Shown piece by piece: positions 56,650-64,000 of a DNA stretch of 64,000 nt. Source of the DNA: Scenedesmus sp. PABB004 (taxonomy: Eukaryota). Position 1 is the first letter of the stretch. Every line of letters begins with the position of its first letter. Below the pieces are notes generated by a model that was given only the letters and a program-made list of their open reading frames with translations, was not told the DNA's origin and made no database searches. The stretch is taken from positions 496,001 to 560,000 of the forward strand of contig JABVCE010000008.1 of the NCBI GenBank assembly GCA_014905635.1, read 5' to 3'. A program made the translations under genes and the position numbers.

Positions 56650-59600
56650 CCGCCGCCGCCGCCGCCGCTGCCCGCCCGCGCGGCGCTCGCGCCATCGCCG
56701 GGCCGGCCGCGCGCGTCGGGGTGCGCCCTGGCGACCGTGTGGAACACGGCCCAGTCGACCAGGGCGTGGCCGGTCGGCGAGCGCTTGGGCGGCACGACGC
56801 AGGGCGCAAAGTTGTGGCCCCACCGGATGCTCGACAGCACGCCGTACACCTTGCTGCGCATCGCGAGGTGGCTGCTGAGGTACTGCGTCGCCGACGCGAC
56901 CACCACGATCTCGGCGTCCGCGTCCTGCGCCGCGGCGGCGGCAGCGTGCGGCCCGCGGCGCCAGGGTGTGTCAGGCGCGGCCGGCCGCGGCGGGCGGCGC
57001 CCCGGCGGCGTGCCCTTGGCGCCGCAGCCGCAACCAGCGAGCCGCGCCGCAGCGCGCGGCGCGCGCCGCGCCTTGAGCATGCCATCGTGCGTGACCCAGT
57101 CGCGCAGCGGGCTGTCGGGGCCGACCTCGTGCCCGACCACCACCGGGTAGCGCAGGAGAACGTCCACGCCGCCGACGCGCGCGGGCGCGATGCCGCCGCC
57201 GCCGGGGTCGTCCGCGCACCAGAGGTGCCGCGTGAGCGGCAGCTCCTGGTGCACGTACGTCGCCTCGGCCACACCCGCGCCGCCGGGCGTCGCCGCGCCG
57301 TAGCGGTAGATGAACATCGCCACGCGCGCGCTCGCCATCTGGGAGGGGTACGCGTCGCCCACCCTGCGGCGCGCGCAGGCAGCGCACGTGGCAGCAGGGG
57401 TGTGCGTGGGCATGCGTGGGCGCGAGCGGGCGGGGGCGCAGACAGGTGCAGACTGGCAGGCGCGCCGCGAGCGGTGCGTGCGGTGTGTGCGGCGCGCGCG
57501 CGTGCGCGCGCACCTGACGGCCACAAACCAGCGTCCCGCGGGCGTGCGCGTGACGACGAGCTCGTCGGCCAGCAGCAGCGTGTTCTCGCCCAGCCGCGGC
57601 CACGGCACGCGCCGCGCACCGCCGAGCACGACCGCGCGGCTCACGCGCGCCGGCGGCATCGCCGCGAGGCTCGGCTGAGGCTCGACGTCGTGGAAGCTGC
57701 CGGGCGCGGACGGCGACGGCGCGGCAGGCGGCGCGGCGGCGGCGCGGGGTCAGTGCGGCGCCGCGCGCAGCCGCGTGCACACGTGGAAGGAAGCAGGGCC
57801 TGCGCCGGCGCGCACCGGCTGAGGTCGACGGCGTGCTGCGTGTCGCGCCCGTGCTCCGCCTGCTGGATAATGCCAACAAACACGCACCCCCTGCGCGCGG
57901 CGCCGCCCGCGGCCGGGCGCGGCGGCTCGACTCGACGCGGCTCGGCTCGACGCGCGCCGCCGCCGCCGGCGCCCGCGCGGCGCGGCGACGCGCGCGGGGC
58001 AGCTCCCCGGGGCCGGCGCGGGCGCGCCGCGCCGCGCTCACCAGTGGACCTCGCTGGGCAGGAAGGACTGCCGGGTCATGAATGTGTCGCCCAGCTCGCT
58101 GGTCCCCTCAAACGTGACGACAATCTCGGCGCCCAGAGCCTCCAGCGACTCCGCGGTGTGCCCTGCGTCGTCGTGGCGGCGCGTGAGTGTGCGCGGCGCG
58201 CGGCGCGTGGCGCGTGGCGCGTGAGCGTGCGCGGCGGCGGGTTGGGGTCGCGGCCGCCCCCGCGCCGCGCACGCGCGCGCGCGCGGGGCTCACCGTAGAG
58301 GGGCGAGCGCTCGTCGATCGTGTGCTCCACCACGACCGGCAGCAGCAGCGTGGCGTCGAGGTAGTGCAGCGGCAGCTCCTGCACCAGCACCGGCACGACC
58401 TGCGGCGCGGCAAGCGGCGGGCCGCTCGCGCGCGGGCGGGCGCGCGCGCGGCTGCGCAGTCGCCGCCGGGCGCGCACGGCGCCCGCACCTCGCCCTCCGC
58501 GGTGGTGTGGCCGCCCCACGCGTAGAGCGTGGCGCGGATGCGCGGCGCGATGGCGGTGCGCTTGCGGATGTCGGCGACGCGGAACATGCTGCGCCGGTGG
58601 TGGAGGCACCGTGGCGCGGCGCGGTGTGAGATGCGCCTGCCTCGGGCCGTGGGCCCGCCGCGGAGGCTGCCGGGGGCGGCCGCCGCCCACGCGTCGAGCC
58701 AGGCGCCGCGCGCGCGCGCGCGCGCGACGCGGCCGCGGCGCGGCCGCACTCACAACTTGAGCACGCCGTCGCGGCGCGCGATGCAGGCGCACTCGCTGAT
58801 CAGGATGGTGCGGGAGCGGCCCTTGGGGTGGCTGATCTTGGCAAAGATTATACCCTGCGCGGCGGCGGGGTCGCGGGGCAGCCGGGCGCTGTGGGCGGGC
58901 GCAGCGCGCGCCGCGCCCGCCCCGCCGCTGCGCTGCGCCCCGCCGCCGGCGGCTCACGATGAAGACGGCCTCGAGCAGCACCGCAAAGATGCACTGAATG
59001 CCCACCAGCCACGCGGGCAGCCAGCAGTCGCCGATCGCGTGCGAGCCGTAGCCTGGCGCGGCGCGGCGCGGCGGGCTCGGCCGCCGCAGAGCGCTGCGCG
59101 GCGCGCACGCGCGGCTGCTGAGCAGGGGTGGGACGGGGCGGCGGCGGCGGCGGCGGCGCACCGATGGTGTTCTGTGTCTCGATGGAGAAGAGAAAGGCTG
59201 AGAGGAAGGAGTGGAAGCCGAGGAAGCAGGTCTCATCCAGCCTGCGGGCACAAGCACACGGTGCGTTGTGTGGGCGGGCACGGGCGGCGCCGCCTGCTCA
59301 CGGCCCTCAGCGCCAGCGGGGGCGGGCGCCGGGCGCCGGCGGGGGCGTGCAGCGCTGCACTACAAAAGTCACCTCCAGATGACGTAATAGATGCATGCCC
59401 ACACGGTGAACGAGGTGATGAAGGCGGCCAGCATCGCGGCGACGACGTACTGGAACCGCGCGTGCACCGCGGTCGTGAAAAAGTCTGGGCGGCGGCGGCG
59501 GCGCGGCGGCGGCGCGTGAGCCGGAGGCGCGGCCGGCGCGGGGCGCGCGCGCCGCGCGGCGCGCGGCGCCCGGCGCGGCGGCGGCGGCGGCGCGCGCGCG

Positions 59601-59992
59601 CACACGCGCAGACACACACCTCGGCGCCAGACGTGCTTGAGGATGCGCGCCCACTCGACGCCGTGGTAGCGCACCTTGCTCTTGCCGATGTCGCGGCCGC
59701 TGCCGAGCAGGCTCGCCTTGCGCTTCGCGACGCGCTCGGCCTGGTAGAAGCCGGTGCCGCGGTCGAGCGTCCACATGGGGTTGTGCTTGATGCGGCGCAG
59801 CACGTAGCGCTGCTCCTCGGTCGACGCCGAGAGCGAGCCGGCCGCCCAGTCGGCGTGCGGGCCGTGCCCGAGCCGGCCGACCGGGATCGCGAGCGAGTCG
59901 CCGAGCAGGCTGCCGGCCAGGTCCTCGCTGCAGGCCGCCGACAGCGCCTCGGCGCTGTCGGCGGCCGGGCGCAGCCACCCCAGCCAGCGCAT
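55872..59992 (-). CDS. Inward-rectifier K+ channel (Kir/IRK) with two tandem cytoplasmic IRK_C domains, multi-exon
   Basis: DFFTTAVHARF, TM1, SFLSAFLFSIETQNTI|GYG, TM2, GIIFAKISHPKGRSRTILIS, MFRVADIRK, EHTIDERSPLY, EIVVTFEGT...RQSFLPSEVHWG...VDLSRFH, followed by a second copy of the cytoplasmic domain and a polyQ tail. Confidence 0.9.
56586..56648 (-). repeat. (CAG)21 encoding polyQ in the Kir tail
   Basis: CTG run on the + strand, in frame on the - strand. Confidence 0.92.
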
Positions 59993-60441
59993 GGCGACCG
60001 CCCGGCGGACGCCGCTGCTGCTGCCGGGCCCACGTGGCCGACCACGCGCTCGCCGTGACCAGCACGCCCCCTCAGGCGGTGTAGCTCGCGCCGGTACACA
60101 CTCGCCGTGGGCCCCTGCTCGCCGCGCGGCGGCGCAGTGTGAGCCGGCGCGCGGCGGCGGCGCTGTCGTTTGTCGCGCCGCGCCGCCTGGGCGCAGCCTG
60201 CTCGGCGCGGGCGCGACGCGGGCTGGCTGTGCACTGCCGCGGCGGATGGGCGAGCTGCAGACCGACAGGGTCGGGAGGGCTTGCTCTGCGCCCGCCCGAC
60301 TGCTGCGCTTTCGCCGCCGCCTCCCTGCCCAGCGGCGGCCCGGCGCGCCACAGCGCTGCTCCCGGCCCGCCGAGACGCGTCCCCGCCACCCACCCGAGGC
60401 GCAGCAGCAGCCGCACAGGCGCAGGGCGGCGCCGCGGCGCG

Positions 60442-61438
60442 ATGGCAGCGCCGGCGGCCGCCGGCGACGGCGCGCTGCAGGCGGAGGCCTACAAGAAGCT
60501 CTACGCCGAGGCGTACTTCGAGAACTTCATCAAAGACGGCATCCGGCCCGACGGGCGAGGGCTGTCGGTCGCGCGGCCGGTCACGGTCGGGCTCGGCGCC
60601 GTCAGCAGCGCCGACGGCTCGGCCATCGTCAAGGTGCGCCGGCGCACGGCGGCGGCGCAGGCGCCGGCGGCGGCGCGGCGGGGCGCCGGGGCAGCTCAGG
60701 CCCCTCGCGCCGGCCCGCCGCACACGCCGCCGGGCGCCTACGCAGGTCGGCGCGACCACGGTGCTGGCGGGCGTGAGGCTGGAGGTCATGCTCCCCCGCA
60801 CCGACGCGCCGGGCGCGGGGCAGCTGGTCGTGGGCGTGGACATGACGGCGCTGTCGAGCCCCGACTGGCGCCCCGGCAAGCAGCCGGGGCTGGTCGCCGC
60901 GGTGCAGCAGCGGCTGGCCGACGTGCTGCTCGGCTGCGGCGTGCTGCGCCCCGCCGCGCTCTGCATCGCGGAGGGCCAGGCGGCGTGGGTGGTCTACCTG
61001 GACCTGTATGTGCTCAACGCCGCCGGCTCCCTGCTCGACGCGTGCCTGCTCGCCGCGGTCGCCGCGCTGCGCGACACGCGCCTGCCGGCCGTGCACGTGA
61101 CTGACGAGGGCAACGTCGAGCGCGACGCGGCGTCGCCGGGCGCGCGCGGCGGGCCGCGCGCGCGCGGCGCGCCGCTGCCGCTGCGCGGCGCGCCGCTGTG
61201 CCTCAGCTGCGGCGTGTACAAGGGCGGCCAGCTCGTGGCGGACCCTGACCACGAGGAGGAGGCACTCATGGTTGCCAGCATCAGCGTCGTGCTCGACGGC
61301 GACGCGGCGCTGCTGGGCGTGTACAGCGTCGGCCCCGCGACGCACAAGCAGGTGCTGGCCGCCGCGGAGCTCGCGGCGGGGCGGCACGCCGAGCTGCTCG
61401 CGCAGCTGGAGGCGGCGGGCGGTGCGATGGAGGCCTGA
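60442..61438 (+). CDS. RRP43: Exosome complex RNase PH-like subunit RRP43 (EXOSC8), 2 exons
   Basis: AEAYKKLY...FIKDGIRPDGR...AVSSADGSAIVK|VGATTVLAGV...LCIAEGQAAWVVYLDLYVLNAAGSLLDA...LVADPDHEEE. Confidence 0.88.
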
Positions 61439-61709
61439 GCCCGCTGCAGGCGCAGCGGCCGGGCGGGGGCGGGAACTCAACCAGCAGCGGCGCAGGGGTT
61501 TGCGGGTCGATCTGTCGTGTCGGCGCCGTGCAGCGAGCGCGGTTTTTGCGGGCTTGGCCGGGCCAACGGGCAACCACCGGCATGAGCTGCGGCAGCTCCT
61601 CACAGCGCGCGCTCCGCCGGCGCCGCTCGCCCGGCGCCGCCCGCCAGCGCCGCCGCTGCCTCTCCGCGCGCGCACGCATCTCCAGCCATGCCGTGACGCG
61701 CGCGCAGCG

Positions 61710-62447
61710 ATGGTCCCGCGCAGCCGCGGAGCGGGGCCGGGCGTCGCGCTGCTGCTGCTCGCCGGCGCCGCGGCGCTCGCTGCCGGCGCGCCCGCGCCTG
61801 GCGAGCAGCCCCACGTGTGCGTGGTGATCCGGACCTACTGGGCGCACGGCACCTTCGGCGACGCCTCGCTCATGGGGCTGCTGGCGTCGCTGAAGCGGCA
61901 GACGCACGAGAGGCGCGCCGCTGCCGGCGCGCGCGCCGCCGCCCAGCCGCCGCGGCAGCCCGCCGCCCGGCGCCGGGCGCCGCTCACCGGCGGCTGCGCC
62001 GCCGCCCGCAGCTGGAGCGCGCTGCTGCTGGTGCTCGACAACCGGCCCTTCCCCGACCTGCGCCACATCGTGCGCGACGCGGCGGACGAGCGCATCGACG
62101 TCTTCGCCGAGTGGGCGCGTGCCGGGGCTGCCGGGAGCCGCTGCTGCGCGCGCGCTCGCCGGACGCGCGCCGCCGCGACGACGCCACGCCAGCGGCCAGC
62201 CAGCCGCGCGCTGGCGGGGGAGTGCCGCCGCGGCCACCCGCCAACCGCCGCCGCCAACCGCCGCCGCCAACCGCCGCCGCGGCGGGCGCAGATCTCGGCG
62301 CGCTACGCGCCCAAGACGCCCGACGGCCGCCAGTGGGCGCACGACTACCACGCGAAGCTCTACAACCTCACAGACGAGGCCATCCGCGGTGAGGCCCGGC
62401 CGGCCGGCGCGAGCGTTGGCGCTCGCTGCGCGGGGGTGAGGGGCAGG

Positions 62448-62500
<53 letters not shown>

Positions 62501-63625
62501 GGCCCACGCGGGCACGCGCACGCGCGCGGCGCAGCCTGCCCGCGGCGCACGCGGTGGGTGGTCGTGACCAACGGCGACAACGACTATGACGCCCGCTTCA
62601 TGGCGGCGCTGGTCAAACATGACGGCGCCGAGGCGGTGGCGTTTGACTACTACAGCCGCTACCAGCGCCCCACCGGTGCGGCCCCCGCCCCCCGCACCTG
62701 CAGCGCGCCGCGCCCGCCAGCAGCAGCCCCGGCCGGCGGGGCCCACCCACGCCGGCGCCCACCAACGCCGGCGCCCGCGGCCGCGCGCGCAGGCACACCG
62801 TGCGCGCGCTTTGCCGCGGGGCGCGGGCTGCCGCCGTGCAAGGCCAACGGGCTCACCTGGTGCCAGACCGACCTCGCGGCCGTCGCGTACAGCTGGCCGC
62901 GCTTCGTGGCCGACGACATGCGCTTCGGGGTGCTGGAGAGCGGGCAGGGCGCCAACCACGACGGCATCATGGCCGACGTCGTGCGCACGCGGCGCTGGAA
63001 GGCGCGGCGCGGGCACGGGCGCGGCGCGGCACGAGCGCGGCGCGGGGGCCGCGCCGCGCGGCTGGCCGCCGCGGGTGACCGGGCGGCCGCTGCCGCCGCT
63101 GCCGCCGCAGGTCGCGCACGTCGCGGGGCGCTGCCTGGTGGAGCACGCGCCGTCGCCGCAGCGCTGCGCGGCGGAGGGCGGCGTGTGGGACGACACCGCC
63201 GCCGCGACCGACGCGGGCAGCGGCGGCGCCTGCCTCGGGCCCGACCGCGCGGCGGCGCGGCTCGCGGCGCTGGGGCCGGCCGCGGAGCTGGTGGAGGTCG
63301 CGGTCTCACACGACCCCGACAGTGAGCGGCCGCCGCGCAGCGGGCGGGGGGCGGCGGCGCGCGCCCGCGCGCGGCAGGCAGCAGCGCCACCCGCGGCTGC
63401 GCCACCTGCGGCGCCCGCCCCGCAGGCTTTGGGTTTGGCGCGCTGCGCGGCGCGCCGCTCCGGCTGGGCTGCATCCGCGCGGCCGACCCCGCCGCGTGGG
63501 CGCTGGCCCGCTACTTCCCGCGCCAGTGCGCGGCCGAGGTGGACCTGGACGCCAGCGACGGCGGCGCGCGGCAGCCGGCGGCGGTCGAGGCGGCGGCGAG
63601 AGCGGCGGCGGCGGCGGCGGCGTGA
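61710..63625 (+). CDS. Putative GT-A-fold glycosyltransferase-like secretory-pathway protein, about 7 exons
   Basis: N-terminal hydrophobic signal, VCVVIRTY, LLVLDNRPF, WVVTNGDNDY (DxD-like), TDLAAV and HDG. The spliced frame ends at TGA 63623-63625. Confidence 0.65.
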
Positions 63626-63779
63626 GCGGCGGCGTGAGCCGCCGAGGTTCAGGCGCGCGTGTGCGTGTCAGCGGCCTGTGTGGCCTGTGAGCTTGTGTTA
63701 CCTCCCTGACCCGCTCGAGCCAGGCCTGTGCCAGCGCGCCGCGCGCCGCCAGTGCCACGACCGCCGCTCGCTCCCTGCC

Positions 63780-64000
63780 TCAACTGCCGCGCCGCAGCGG
63801 CACCACCGGCGACGACGGCTCCGCGCGTTCAGTAGTGACGAGAGTGCCCACGCGCAGCTGCGCGAGCCCCACGGCCGCCGAGCGCGTGGCAGCGGTCGCG
63901 CTGCGCATCTGCGCTGCCGCGTCGTCGGGCGCGCCCGCCAGCCTCAGTGGGGGTCGCATCCTGACTTTCAAGGTGTGGGTAGTCTTCGAAACGCGCAGCG
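63780..64000 (-). CDS. Possible 3' end of a gene running off the window
   Basis: Open frame to TGA at 63780 with no recognisable motif. Confidence 0.2.
   Translation of the reverse strand, partial: LRVSKTTHTLKVRMRPPLRLAGAPDDAAAQMRSATAATRSAAVGLAQLRVGTLVTTERAEPSSPVVPLRRGS

Noticed and set aside
63426..63438. TTTGGGTTTGG as a telomere-like tract
   Set aside because: Falls in coding frame (S-F-G-F-G) of the last exon of the GT-like gene.
1..64000. tRNA, rRNA, snRNA genes or autonomous transposons; introner-type repeated introns
   Set aside because: No convincing cloverleaf, rRNA, RT, transposase or integrase motifs were seen by eye, and the introns share composition but not alignable sequence. 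A covariance-model and repeat search could still find something.

Overview
Extremely GC-rich, intron-dense eukaryotic nuclear DNA, most likely from a chlorophyte green alga. This is an inference from the nucleus-encoded plastid FtsZ and bL21 with transit peptides and from TGTAA poly(A) signals. The ORF track is mostly misleading because the genes are split by many short, very GC-rich introns. Manual splicing gives about 22 genes: an FtsJ/RlmM-like methyltransferase (5' partial), PP4 catalytic subunit, plastid bL21, a SHIPPO/ODF3-like protein, a fasciclin protein, an intronless bL21-like paralogue, SPB1/FTSJ3, a BRM/SNF2-type ATPase, QCR7, a sarcosine-oxidase-like flavoprotein, a long intronless hypothetical ORF, DCN1-like, NDUFS7/PSST, FtsZ1-type, an LRR+SAPS-like protein, two paralogous GPI-type surface proteins, a hypothetical gene, a Pro-rich secreted beta-sandwich protein, an inward-rectifier K+ channel, RRP43 and a GT-A-like protein. 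Main observations: very frequent GC-AG introns (7 of 8 in PP4); a Kir channel with a tandem-duplicated cytoplasmic domain; a SNF2 ATPase with two recently duplicated SAND-like domains; an unrecognised family of GPI-type surface proteins; a bL21 paralogue lacking the basic loop; orphan gene fragments (sterol desaturase, methyltransferase); and structured intronic repeats and palindromes. Multi-exon genes are given start-to-stop. Exon boundaries are by eye and have not been validated with RNA data.
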